The notes beneath the pieces are model-generated. The model was not told the DNA's origin and did no database searches. It saw only the letters and a list, made by a program, of their open reading frames with translations. A stretch of DNA of 64,000 nucleotides from positions 9,853-73,852 of the IMG/VR virus record IMGVR_UViG_3300025646_005060. One strand, written 5' to 3'. Both the position numbers and the translations under genes were made by a program. Source of the DNA: a virus. Below are positions 28,243 through 38,801 of this stretch, piece by piece (position 1 is the first letter of the stretch; every line of letters begins with the position of its first letter).

Positions 28243-31200
28243 TTATGACTCTTCGCAAAGTTCGTATTCATCGCAACCAGTATCACAGAGAATAGGAATA
28301 CACACTTCCTCATTATTTAGGACAATTTTAACGTTAAGCAATGTTTGATTCGTGGATTCGTCTGGTAAGAAGTTAGAAATTCCGCAACCTATGACTTTAA
28401 ACGATGGGCATATTTCTGCGGGTATGCCAAGTTGTTGACACTCATTCCATATACAAGGATCACTAAATCCAACACAAGATTCCTTACATGGATCGTATTG
28501 TTCTATTGAACATACAGATTCTCCTTGAGAATTTGTTATACATGAACCATAATCAATTACAAATCCACCACCACCAGATCCATATCCAGGTGGTTGTTCT
28601 CCAGAAGATACGCAATTATCTGGATTATTGTCTGCTGCGTCTGTTCCTGTGCCTTCAACGGCACATGAATTTAATTGACACAATGATTGTTGATCGCATG
28701 GACAGCATGAATTAAAAGTAACATCACTTAATGGATAACAAGTATGAGTTCTTAAGTATGAATTGAATACATTATCGTCTATGTTTGCACAAAGTTGATT
28801 AAATTGATCTTGACCTCCTGGTAGTTTTGATATCACATCGGCACAATCTAGACATGTACATGGATACAGTGACTGAGAACATCCTCCACTTTGTTGTTGT
28901 CTCTGTCTATAACAACAAACTGCTAAATTGTAGATATCAGTTGCTCTTAATTTATTTGATCCCTCGGTATTATTACACACGTTGAATGTGCTACAACTTA
29001 CTGGAGGTTTTCCAGATACTGTACATATTCCTCTTTTTACAGTATTTTGGGACAACTGATTATTGCTAGGATTGTAACGACACCAATTATATTCAACGCA
29101 GCAGCAATTCTGCGTAAAATCTGTACATGGTTCCTCACCACCACCGCCGCCGCCTCCACCTCCGCCACCACCGCCGTCATCATCATCGTCACCGTCAGTA
29201 CCGCCACCGCCACCGCCACCGCCACCGCCGCCATCGCCATCGCATCCTGGTGGTGGATTTGGACCATTACATGGATCTTCTTCGCATCCTGGTGGTGGAT
29301 TTGGACAAGAGCAAGGATCTCCTTCACATGGTGTACACCAGTCTGGTGGATTGTCAGCTGCACAAAGGCAGGATCTTGGATCTTCTCTACATGCATCACA
29401 ATCAGTTCCTCCACCTGGACAGCAATCATCTACGCAACACCATTCTGGAGGATTTGGTAAATCACATGGTCCTGGACGTGGACATACTGGACAACCTGGA
29501 CCAGCATTACATTGATTGCATGGTGGAGAACGATCACAAGGAGCATTTGTTGCAACCCAATTGCAATTCTTTCCAGGATAAAACAATCCATAAACACAGT
29601 CGGTAGCAAAAATGTTATCTACGCAACGATCATTCAAATAATCGCAACACGCTCCGATTGGATTTTCAGCACATACACAACCACAACTTACTTCTTCACA
29701 CACACTTCCTGGTCCCATGAATGCAGTTTTTAAATTTGTGTATTGGTTATTAGTATAATTTTTACATTCGGTTGGTGTTAAATTGGGTAGACAGAATGTG
29801 GTAACAAGTTGTCCCTGACTGTCTTCAGCGCATACACAACAAGCACCTTTTACTTCTGTCAATTCACAACAGTTAAAGTCTTCACATGATGCTGCATTTA
29901 TTGATTTTCCACCAAGAACCAATTCACATTGAACTCTTGTATAGTTTCCAAGACATACTCCATCTTTACAACAAATGGCATAGTCTCCTTCTGCGTGACA
30001 ATGATCATAACAGAATCTTCCATCTGCCTTTAGTTGTTCCTCTGTAAGAACTTCACCCTGTGGATCTGCAACGTAGTTCGTTCCTGTGGGATTGTAATCT
30101 CCACAATCAACATTAGACCAGAACTTGCCACCAAATTGCTGACAGAGTGTCACCGAAACACCAGCAACACAGTCTCCATTCGCGCAACAAATTGAATTGG
30201 CATCTCCGCATGAAGATTCACAAGTAGTCGCTGGTCTGAATGTTCCAAAGAGAAGATCACAAGTTCTTGAATCTGTATAGTCTAAACAATTCAAAGTTCC
30301 ATCGGTACTTGTGTAGCAACAAGATCCAAGAGCAAACCCAGGAATACATTGTCTTTTTGTGTTGTTAATTCCTTGACCACGATGAGAAGGAACTGCCAAC
30401 CATGTATTTCCAGCATCATATGAAATGATACCGATTATATTGTTACCACACGAAAGATAATTTTCACTTGATTCAAAGTAGATATTCTGTGGAAACTTCC
30501 AGACATTATCTGAATCTATCTTGAGAGTCAGTGCAACAATTTCGCCTTGCTTAAACGTTCCCGTGATTCCAGCAATTCCAATTGGTGTCTTTATGTCAAA
30601 CAGACCACCAGCATTTGAATCAAGATAGATTCCACTTGTGGTTCCTACACCACCAATTGCTGGTGTTCCTGTATACCCGACAAAATCTCCCTGACGAACT
30701 GGACCGACCGTGAGAATTCTTGCTCCAGCATTCAAATGACGAATGATCTCATCGCTGAAGAAATCAAAAGCACCACAGTATCCATTTGAACCATTCTCAG
30801 TTGATTGTTCTAGATTTGCTCCTTCTACCAGATCTGGATTTGCCAGATATAGAGCTTCATTTGTAGAAATTTCAAGAGGATCGTAATCGCCTAATACATC
30901 AGATCCCCAATAGATCGTATCAATTGAAATATATTCATTGTCGTCTCCAGCATAGGAAACACGAAGAGAACCATAGGCACAGATTCCACGAATGTTGAAT
31001 GTTCCACCAACAATATTGTAGAGAAGTGCGGATCCAGAATACCCTGGAGTATTTGCTCCTGTGACTGCTCCTGCTGTCTTGTCTGCGGTGGTTGCTCCCT
31101 TGAAAGTTCCTTGAATGTCAAAGGTAGTTCCATCCGAAAGAGTAATCAGAATGTTATTTCCAGATGCTTCGTAATTCGCGTAGTAAACACCAAGTGGACC

Positions 31201-31317
31201 GATTGCTCCTGTGTTTCCAGTTTCTCCTGGATTGCCAGTTTCACCTGAATTTCCAGTAGGACCAATAGGACCAGATGGTCCCTCTACTACGAATTTGATT
31301 ATAGCACTGCTACTCAT
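28243..31317 (-). CDS. Collagen-like, Cys-rich putative tail fibre / structural protein
   Basis: N-terminal Gly-X-Y repeats, several GACC/ICC modules, CxxPNPP repeats and poly-Gly/Asp tract; lies in the fibre region between gp8 and gp13. Confidence 0.6.
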   Translation of the reverse strand: MSSSAIIKFVVEGPSGPIGPTGNSGETGNPGETGNTGAIGPLGVYYANYEASGNNILITLSDGTTFDIQGTFKGATTADKTAGAVTGANTPGYSGSALLYNIVGGTFNIRGICAYGSLRVSYAGDDNEYISIDTIYWGSDVLGDYDPLEISTNEALYLANPDLVEGANLEQSTENGSNGYCGAFDFFSDEIIRHLNAGARILTVGPVRQGDFVGYTGTPAIGGVGTTSGIYLDSNAGGLFDIKTPIGIAGITGTFKQGEIVALTLKIDSDNVWKFPQNIYFESSENYLSCGNNIIGIISYDAGNTWLAVPSHRGQGINNTKRQCIPGFALGSCCYTSTDGTLNCLDYTDSRTCDLLFGTFRPATTCESSCGDANSICCANGDCVAGVSVTLCQQFGGKFWSNVDCGDYNPTGTNYVADPQGEVLTEEQLKADGRFCYDHCHAEGDYAICCKDGVCLGNYTRVQCELVLGGKSINAASCEDFNCCELTEVKGACCVCAEDSQGQLVTTFCLPNLTPTECKNYTNNQYTNLKTAFMGPGSVCEEVSCGCVCAENPIGACCDYLNDRCVDNIFATDCVYGLFYPGKNCNWVATNAPCDRSPPCNQCNAGPGCPVCPRPGPCDLPNPPEWCCVDDCCPGGGTDCDACREDPRSCLCAADNPPDWCTPCEGDPCSCPNPPPGCEEDPCNGPNPPPGCDGDGGGGGGGGGGGTDGDDDDDGGGGGGGGGGGGGEEPCTDFTQNCCCVEYNWCRYNPSNNQLSQNTVKRGICTVSGKPPVSCSTFNVCNNTEGSNKLRATDIYNLAVCCYRQRQQQSGGCSQSLYPCTCLDCADVISKLPGGQDQFNQLCANIDDNVFNSYLRTHTCYPLSDVTFNSCCPCDQQSLCQLNSCAVEGTGTDAADNNPDNCVSSGEQPPGYGSGGGGFVIDYGSCITNSQGESVCSIEQYDPCKESCVGFSDPCIWNECQQLGIPAEICPSFKVIGCGISNFLPDESTNQTLLNVKIVLNNEEVCIPILCDTGCDEYELCEES
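29131..29245. repeat. GC-rich low-complexity CCA/CCG tract encoding poly-Gly / poly-Asp / poly-Gly
   Basis: ccaccgccgccgcc runs; protein DGDGGGGGGGGGGGTDGDDDDDGGGGGGGGGGGGGEE. Confidence 0.9.
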
Positions 31318-34300
31318 TCACACATTCCTTCTTCTACATCAAGACATGCTGGACAACCAGTTGCTCCACCAGTCCAATAGTTATTTAGAATATTTTCGTT
31401 CCATCGGAAGTTAGAACATGTGACTACAATTGGAATTCTTCTCACTGGTCTAAAGTTTGCGACTCTGGCATTTCTGTTTCTGCTTTGCATTCTTCCCAAA
31501 ATGATGGGTGCATTATTTTCGTCTTCCCAGTTGAAAGTCTGAGTCAGCATGTTTTGACCATTGGCAACTGCCATTGTGAACTTATAAGCATCATCTTCGT
31601 CAAGACCGAATGAATTGTCACTTGTCAATCTTGTAGATGCCAAGTATGGTTCTACTGTAGAATCAATTGCTTCCAGTTGATACTTGTCCTTATTTAGAGG
31701 ATCAAATTGGTCCCAACCAGTAAGTCTAGTAACACTGGTAGAACTCCAGTATTCTTCCCCTGCCATGATTTGAGCATCATCGGCAAATAATCTACCATTA
31801 AGTTCATCCTTGACATTGTATATGTAATTCAATTCCGTGATGCTTGGAACATACCAGTCGTTGTGACCATATGATCCAGTTTCATTGAGAATAGAAACCT
31901 GACGAATTACAGAGTCGAGTGGATTGTGGTCATTCCACATATCTGTGTATGCTTGCTTAAATGCGTTCTTATTATTATTGATCACATCTGGATCTACAGA
32001 TGAATCCCATGCTGGACCATTTCCAAAAGAGAAACGCATGTATGCCTTTGGATCTGAATTCGTTCCTCTAAACCAGAGTTCTGGTTTTTGCTTTGAAGAC
32101 GAATCATGTAGACGAGTGGTGAGTAATCCATCAACTGGATATGTGGCAACGCCTTCAACATTTACTTCAGTTGGAACTCCATTGTCATCTGGAATATGAG
32201 TACCCTGCATCATGCCCCAACTCAACTTGCGATTTGATGTGGCATCAAATGTTGTGTCTCCAGATGTGATGAGTGGTTCTACTTCAACATCCTCTGGAGC
32301 AACAATCAATGCCCACATGATGTGAATATCGTTCGCACCATATACTTGCTCTGCGAGGTAACGATAAGTACCCTGACCAGATCCTACAAAGTATTCAACC
32401 GACAATCCAGATCCAACTAGACTATATGCGAATGTTCCTCTGAAAGTAGAATAGTTGACTCCACCTTCGAACATCGTATCCGAAGGCCATTCAATTCCTT
32501 TATATTCGAGCAACTGCTGTACAAACGGAACACCTGCTTTGAGCAGACATCTTGAATCCTTGGAGTTCTTTGGAAGAATACGAGGGTATGTTCTTGAGAA
32601 ATATTCAACGCACGAATTGTTGGAATTTGGAACATGCGATCTACATGTTTTTAGATACCAATTTGGAACATTGTATATTTCACCTCTTGGGAAAATTCTA
32701 CACTCAAGAGGTTGTCCATATGCGGTATTTGGTTCATTGAACGAGTCGCATGGATTTGGAGATCCAATGAATCCAATGAAGTATCCTCCACCGATCTTAG
32801 TTCCGACTGGAAGACACGAATATGTTTGTGTTTCCGTGGTCTTACATGAATTGGCAAACTGCCCTCTAAAGTAATCGTCACTGTATGCCGAACCAGAACC
32901 ACAGCATGAAACTTCGGTACAAGTTGTTCCGACTCCTTGGAATATACCATTGTTATTTGTGCATTGTACAGGAGTTACGTTGTCTACACATGTTCCATTT
33001 TGGCAACAAGCACCTACACGATCAACTCCAATTAAACAGCATATAGAGTCGGATGTTTCGGACTCGCATGTACCACCAGCAACAAATGTAGAGTTCGCAA
33101 TGGAAGCACAGTCTGCTCTTGAAAGACTAAAGCATCTTCCTTGAACACAACATCTTCCCAGTTCTGCGGAACCTACATTACACAGATTCGTTGGACATTC
33201 AAATATCAATCCATTATTCCAGACATTGTTACACGACTTTCCTAGATTGAAAATTCCAGAGAACTGAGCACATCTTTCTTCTGTGGTGTTGATACACTTC
33301 GTCTGTTGTGTATCAGAGTCATAGACGCAGCAAGCACCCTCTGTGAAGCAGTCTGAACTGGTAGAACGGTTCACACACGATTGATTGCTGAACGACCCTG
33401 ATATTGCTTCACAGAATTCACGCGAGGTGTAGTCAAGGCATATATTCTGTCCTTGAGAAATTGCGTTACAATAGCAGCAAGATCCTATATTTGTTCTTGA
33501 GAAGTTCTGAGGATTGAAAGTATTTGTATAAGACAATCCAGAACTTTGAATGAATGAAATATATTCAAGATTCTCTGCTGTGTATCCAAGTATGATCTTT
33601 GAATTGTATGCTATATCTCCTGGTCTTTGAAGATATGTTGAATCATTTGAATTGAAGATTATATCTGGAGACAGAACATTTTGTACAAATGAAGTTCCAT
33701 ATGTGGCACTTGTAACACCACCATAATCATTGAATGCTACTGGATTGAATGTAGTTTCAAATGTTTGAGTACTTTCATATGTCCAGTTTTTATTATTTAC
33801 AATTGCTTCTCTTGATATGTTCTGATCAATTATGAGTTGCTTCTCGTCTGGAACCCATTTGGTGTTTGGTGCTGCTCCTGCTTTGAGATTTCCAATGCCA
33901 AACCCTGCATTTCCACTGACATATAGAAGTTCTCCAGTATTTCCATATACCGTGTTTTCGTCCTCGACAGTAGCACCGTATATGTAAAGAGTATTGAGAT
34001 CATAACTGATACCGACAAATGGTCCATTGGTAACTGGAACTGGAGTCTGTCCAGCAATTGTGAGTGCCTTGAATGTTACTCCTTGTCCATATGCAATTTC
34101 ATTGACTTGTGTGTTTTGCTGAACTATGTTCGTGGAACGAAGCGTTGCCTCGGTTGCCAGACCTTGAATTCTATATCTTTCGGTTCCAGAAGAAGCACCA
34201 GCATCTCCTTGAAGATTATCAAATGTAAATGCCGTAGATCCTTCAATTATAAATTCAATGTAAGTGGTGGTTCCAGTGACACCAGTAACACTTGCTCCAG

Positions 34301-34445
34301 TTGGTCCAGTAGATCCATCGTTTCCAGTAGAACCAGTGGCGCCAGTCGGACCTGTATTTCCAGTAAAACCAGTTGGTCCCTGTGTTGCTCCAGGGACATT
34401 CTGATTTTTAATGAACTGTTGTATTCTTGATGAACCGTATATCAT
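31314..34445 (-). CDS. Collagen-like, Cys-rich putative tail fibre with C-terminal DUF1566/Lcl-like domain
   Basis: GPTGFTGNTGPTG N-terminus; four G[AS R]CC modules; GGGYFIG...WALIV...DWYVPSITEL...YWSST...RPVRR. Confidence 0.6.
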   Translation of the reverse strand: MIYGSSRIQQFIKNQNVPGATQGPTGFTGNTGPTGATGSTGNDGSTGPTGASVTGVTGTTTYIEFIIEGSTAFTFDNLQGDAGASSGTERYRIQGLATEATLRSTNIVQQNTQVNEIAYGQGVTFKALTIAGQTPVPVTNGPFVGISYDLNTLYIYGATVEDENTVYGNTGELLYVSGNAGFGIGNLKAGAAPNTKWVPDEKQLIIDQNISREAIVNNKNWTYESTQTFETTFNPVAFNDYGGVTSATYGTSFVQNVLSPDIIFNSNDSTYLQRPGDIAYNSKIILGYTAENLEYISFIQSSGLSYTNTFNPQNFSRTNIGSCCYCNAISQGQNICLDYTSREFCEAISGSFSNQSCVNRSTSSDCFTEGACCVYDSDTQQTKCINTTEERCAQFSGIFNLGKSCNNVWNNGLIFECPTNLCNVGSAELGRCCVQGRCFSLSRADCASIANSTFVAGGTCESETSDSICCLIGVDRVGACCQNGTCVDNVTPVQCTNNNGIFQGVGTTCTEVSCCGSGSAYSDDYFRGQFANSCKTTETQTYSCLPVGTKIGGGYFIGFIGSPNPCDSFNEPNTAYGQPLECRIFPRGEIYNVPNWYLKTCRSHVPNSNNSCVEYFSRTYPRILPKNSKDSRCLLKAGVPFVQQLLEYKGIEWPSDTMFEGGVNYSTFRGTFAYSLVGSGLSVEYFVGSGQGTYRYLAEQVYGANDIHIMWALIVAPEDVEVEPLITSGDTTFDATSNRKLSWGMMQGTHIPDDNGVPTEVNVEGVATYPVDGLLTTRLHDSSSKQKPELWFRGTNSDPKAYMRFSFGNGPAWDSSVDPDVINNNKNAFKQAYTDMWNDHNPLDSVIRQVSILNETGSYGHNDWYVPSITELNYIYNVKDELNGRLFADDAQIMAGEEYWSSTSVTRLTGWDQFDPLNKDKYQLEAIDSTVEPYLASTRLTSDNSFGLDEDDAYKFTMAVANGQNMLTQTFNWEDENNAPIILGRMQSRNRNARVANFRPVRRIPIVVTCSNFRWNENILNNYWTGGATGCPACLDVEEGMCE

Positions 34446-37400
34446 AACATTGGATTATCTGTTGGGTTATAATTTTTGTAAATATCACTCTCGGGATCGG
34501 GAGAATTGTTGTACAATTCTTGTGTATTTATTTTATTAGGAAGAGTTCCAGATTTTGTACTAGTTGTTCCGCTCGTAATTAAAGCATCGCTGAATCTTGG
34601 AACAAACCAAGTGGCATTTCTAATTAAATCTGGATCTGCATTTTTATAAAATTGTTCATCACAACGAATTATACGAATTGGTCTTAATTCTGCTTCAAAT
34701 GTAAAGTTATCCTTTTTAGCAATTTTAACATTCGTTGCTAGACTATTTGGATTCATATTAATTGCCCATGCCTTTGTCATTCTGTCAGTGACACCATTTG
34801 AATTTGATGGATTTTGAGTTTCATCTGTTATTGGAGCACCAGTTCCATCCTGTAAATATTGATTTTCATCTATGATTGTAGAAAAAGGTACAGCTCCAAA
34901 TGCAGCAGTCGAAGACCATACCCAAGAATTAGAACCACCACCAGATGCTGCTCCAATCGCCAATCCACCTGTTTCTGTGATACGAGTATTTAATGGAGTT
35001 TCTCCTGGTGGTGCATTTCTAGTTTTGTATGCTATATACGCCAATTCGTCAATTGAAGGAATAAACCATCTACTCACCTGATAAAAACCAGTAGCACCTT
35101 CAACTTGGGTTGAAATATTTCCGTACCAATCCTGATATGTTCCATCTGGGTCATTTCCTTGAAGATTGAATTGGGGTCCAAGTGGAAGAGAATATGTAAA
35201 TCCTCCTTGAACTAAGGTTTGACTGTCTCCTGAGAAATTTCTTCTAGTTTTATAATTACCAGGATAGCAAGCTCCCAATTTATCTACTGGATAATAATAA
35301 TTATTAAATACAGACAGTCCTTCTGCTAAACATGTTTTCATTATTGTTTGAGATTGATCGATTGTTGCACTAATTTCATTAGTTAAAGGATAGTCATAAT
35401 AAGTTTGAGGATCCCCTCCGTCGTTTGGTCCATATTGTTGATATAAATTAGAATAATAACTAGAATATGGTGAACTTGTAGTTACTGTATTTGATCCACC
35501 AGATGCTATTGGTCCAAGGAAACTTTCTATTGCAAATCCTGCTCCCAGTCTGCAAGAATTCATAAGACCATTGTTCAATGACCATCTTCCTGATGCTCTA
35601 AGATATTTAAATCCATTTGAAATTAATCTACCAAGCGGAGAAGATTCACAATCTTCTGTGCATAAAATACTTTCTCCCGAAGGACAACTGATAAATGTAT
35701 TGTTTATTCCTGCATCATACTTTGTAGTTTGATTTCCAAATGCGCCGTCACTGTAAAGATAATTACCAAAACTTGCCAATATTGGAGTAGTTGAAGTACA
35801 GTTGTCAGGTGAAACCGCATCGAAGGCAACGTTTAGATTGTCGGGTAAGTAAGGAGCAAATGAAGCAGTTGCTCCATGACCCCATATAAATGTTTTTACA
35901 TAATTATATTTAAATAATGTATTTATACTGTCGTCTGTAAGTGAAATAAAGTTATAATAATCATTTCTCCATCCAACATTGTCGTATGGTATTATACCAG
36001 TTATATAATCCGCAGTCATTACAGTTGCTGGATTTTTGGTGATTAAGTCGATTTGACTTCTTTGTTTGCCAAATCGTTTAGTGCCTGCTGAATTTATATC
36101 AGCATCAATTGTATCAGTATCGTAATTTTGACGCATGAATACTTTTTGTCTAAACATTACTGGATATTTTGACACGATGATTATGTATTTGTCTTGATCT
36201 TGATTTTGAGAATATGGTGCTACTACTGGGAATCCATATCCCTGTGGATCAAATGATGAATTATAAATTTCACAACTAGCACCATTTGTGCTGTTTACGG
36301 CAGTTATTTCAGGATAAACATTATCAATGTATCCATTTGCATTTGGATTTGGATTTGGAAAAAAGACAGAAGTAGTTGATGTGACTTTTCCACCCAGCAA
36401 GGCTGCCGCTTTCAATTCTTGAGCATTGACATTGGGAAAAGCGGATTCTAAGCCATTTACAGTATTGCTAAAAATTTCAAATTGTTTAGCACCATGATAT
36501 GGATATCCAAAGCAAGTAGCACCATTTGGATTGAAAACTCCAACAACAATTCCACCAGCAAATTCGGAACCATACGTCAAAGGAAGTTGAGATCCATATG
36601 GCACTTCTGGATTTTCAAAATTACCGTATCTGTTGACATACCATGGGCCAACATCGTCGTTTGATTTACATATGTTTGGAAGAAGAGCATCGATGGTTTC
36701 GTCTGTACATGTGTAAACATTTTCATTACACACAACACCGCATCCATAAAACTTTTTCAAAGAACCATTACAATTGCCATATGTTTGATCAGTACATGTG
36801 CCATCATCATTGTTACAGCATCCACCAGTTCCAGTTGTGCATATGTCTACTGTAGTAGATCCATCCGAATACGAGCAAACAGATCCTAGTCCTTGCCAAT
36901 ATCCAGTACATTGAGATTGTTGTAGATTTTCTGTGCAAACTCCAGTACCGTTGCAACATGCTCCTCTGTTACCAAACGCCGCATTACAGTTAATAGAATT
37001 TACATTCTTTCGGCAATCTGTAATTTCTGTCCATATGAACCTGCTGTTAATATCTTCTACTAGTTCGGAACAATCACAGAGTTTCAGAGGAACTTGCCAT
37101 TTTTGCACAACGTTTTCAGAATCCAAGTAGCAACACACACCTAACGATGCGTCTTGATCTGTAGAGCATAACGGAGATCCAAGAGTTCCACCTTCAATGA
37201 AAACACCATCTGTGCAATTTCCTTGCATACCTTCAAAAGATCCACCATCAAGACATGCTCTACAGCAAAGACCAGGAACCGAATTCCAGTTTTCTTGACA
37301 ATCCTCACAAGTCAATTCAGATTGACCACTACATTGTGATGCTTTAATTTGTGGTACACACACTCCAGTAGAAGTATCACAACAATCAATGATAGGATCT

Positions 37401-38800
37401 GTAATAACACAGTCAGATTTGTTTTGAACAATTGTTCTTGGATCTAAACACTGGGATTGTGGAATTGTAGTTACACCATAGGTATCGTCACAGCAATACA
37501 CAAATGGATCTATTTCTGATTGATCACACTCGTCACATGAATTGATACTTGAGCCTTTTAGGGTAATACATTGACTTTGTAGAATATTTGGAGTGCAAAT
37601 ATTTACAAAAACTCCACTTGGATCTGGTGAACAACATGTCACGATTGGATCTGGTTCGGGTCCATTTGGATTATATGGAGGATCGTTTGGATTTGTAACA
37701 CAGTTGAAATATTCAGAATCCCAGTTTACCTGATCCTCTCCATTTCCCAATATGCCGAAGTTGGCATACCAAAGACCATTGATGTAGAGCATATTGATTA
37801 CATCAATATTATCTGTAAAACAAGGAGGGTATGTCAAAGGCCATGATATGTTATGCCTTCCGTCTCCAAGTGTATATCCAGCAGCAAGATCTTCCGTTGT
37901 AACAAATCTTGTAAGAATACGAATATCAGAAGTTGCTGGATCATATCCACTTGTGACTCCTGGTGGAATGATAAGTGTCAGAGACTTGGCAAACTCTGAA
38001 TTTGGAGGGTTCTCAATGTTAATGACTTGGGCAATTGTTGTTCTGCCTTCGCCTGGTTGACCAGATGCCAATTGATCTGTATACGAATTGAGAATGAAAG
38101 TGTTTGCTTCTTCCCAGTCAATATTCCAGACAAAATATTGAGATTCTGTTGAATTTCCATCTAATCTATAGAAGTCTTTTCTTTCTGGTCTTACAAATTG
38201 AACTCGTTCACCATAGTTTACGATCTGAGCATCTACGGTTCGTTTGACGACATCATAATATGTACCAGTGAGTCCACGGAATTGAGTGGAAGACGAAGCA
38301 ACCACAAGTTGTCCAGTGGATCCACCAGAGAGTCCAAGATATGGAAGACCAGTAAGACTGTATGTAATTCCAATCAGTCCTGAATTTGCCTGACTATTGA
38401 TTGTGATGAATTTCAGATCATCGTTCTGAGAACCAGTAGTGAATCCACGGAATCTTACAGTATGTTGAAGGTTGCCATCACCGATGTCATTGATCGTGAC
38501 TCCCTCTACAAGTGATAACTGAGTTCCGAGAGAATTCGCATCGGCAAAGATGTAGTAATTTCCATCCTCTCCTTTTATTTCTGGAGAGAATTGTGAACTG
38601 CCATCTGAATATTCGGTTTTGATTTCACCATTGATGAGAGTCATTCCAACAATGCCAGGACCAGTTTCGCCAGTGTTTCCCGTATTGCCAAGTAATCCAT
38701 CATTTCCAGTTGGACCAGTAGGACCAGTGGATCCAGTTGGTCCAGTGATTCCTACAATTACTCTGTTGATATAAGGACTACTTCCATATGGATTTGGCAT
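34442..38800 (-). CDS. Collagen-like, Cys-rich putative tail fibre with C-terminal DUF1566/Lcl-like domain
   Basis: GPTGSTGPTG N-terminus; CC modules; GSEFAGGIVVG...WFIPSIDEL...WVWSST...AWA...LRPIR. Confidence 0.6.
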   Translation of the reverse strand: MPNPYGSSPYINRVIVGITGPTGSTGPTGPTGNDGLLGNTGNTGETGPGIVGMTLINGEIKTEYSDGSSQFSPEIKGEDGNYYIFADANSLGTQLSLVEGVTINDIGDGNLQHTVRFRGFTTGSQNDDLKFITINSQANSGLIGITYSLTGLPYLGLSGGSTGQLVVASSSTQFRGLTGTYYDVVKRTVDAQIVNYGERVQFVRPERKDFYRLDGNSTESQYFVWNIDWEEANTFILNSYTDQLASGQPGEGRTTIAQVINIENPPNSEFAKSLTLIIPPGVTSGYDPATSDIRILTRFVTTEDLAAGYTLGDGRHNISWPLTYPPCFTDNIDVINMLYINGLWYANFGILGNGEDQVNWDSEYFNCVTNPNDPPYNPNGPEPDPIVTCCSPDPSGVFVNICTPNILQSQCITLKGSSINSCDECDQSEIDPFVYCCDDTYGVTTIPQSQCLDPRTIVQNKSDCVITDPIIDCCDTSTGVCVPQIKASQCSGQSELTCEDCQENWNSVPGLCCRACLDGGSFEGMQGNCTDGVFIEGGTLGSPLCSTDQDASLGVCCYLDSENVVQKWQVPLKLCDCSELVEDINSRFIWTEITDCRKNVNSINCNAAFGNRGACCNGTGVCTENLQQSQCTGYWQGLGSVCSYSDGSTTVDICTTGTGGCCNNDDGTCTDQTYGNCNGSLKKFYGCGVVCNENVYTCTDETIDALLPNICKSNDDVGPWYVNRYGNFENPEVPYGSQLPLTYGSEFAGGIVVGVFNPNGATCFGYPYHGAKQFEIFSNTVNGLESAFPNVNAQELKAAALLGGKVTSTTSVFFPNPNPNANGYIDNVYPEITAVNSTNGASCEIYNSSFDPQGYGFPVVAPYSQNQDQDKYIIIVSKYPVMFRQKVFMRQNYDTDTIDADINSAGTKRFGKQRSQIDLITKNPATVMTADYITGIIPYDNVGWRNDYYNFISLTDDSINTLFKYNYVKTFIWGHGATASFAPYLPDNLNVAFDAVSPDNCTSTTPILASFGNYLYSDGAFGNQTTKYDAGINNTFISCPSGESILCTEDCESSPLGRLISNGFKYLRASGRWSLNNGLMNSCRLGAGFAIESFLGPIASGGSNTVTTSSPYSSYYSNLYQQYGPNDGGDPQTYYDYPLTNEISATIDQSQTIMKTCLAEGLSVFNNYYYPVDKLGACYPGNYKTRRNFSGDSQTLVQGGFTYSLPLGPQFNLQGNDPDGTYQDWYGNISTQVEGATGFYQVSRWFIPSIDELAYIAYKTRNAPPGETPLNTRITETGGLAIGAASGGGSNSWVWSSTAAFGAVPFSTIIDENQYLQDGTGAPITDETQNPSNSNGVTDRMTKAWAINMNPNSLATNVKIAKKDNFTFEAELRPIRIIRCDEQFYKNADPDLIRNATWFVPRFSDALITSGTTSTKSGTLPNKINTQELYNNSPDPESDIYKNYNPTDNPML

Positions 38801-38801
38801 A

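Noticed and set aside
29037-29733. His/Arg-rich and Thr/Ala-rich ORFs in other frames (e.g. 29127-29606 +)
   Set aside because: Shadow translations of the poly-Gly/Asp codon tract in the 1024-aa gene; no RBS or independent signal.
26740-38800. Diversity-generating retroelement targeting the DUF1566-like C-termini
   Set aside because: No reverse transcriptase and no near-identical TR/VR pair differing at adenines is visible in this window; it cannot be excluded elsewhere in the genome.
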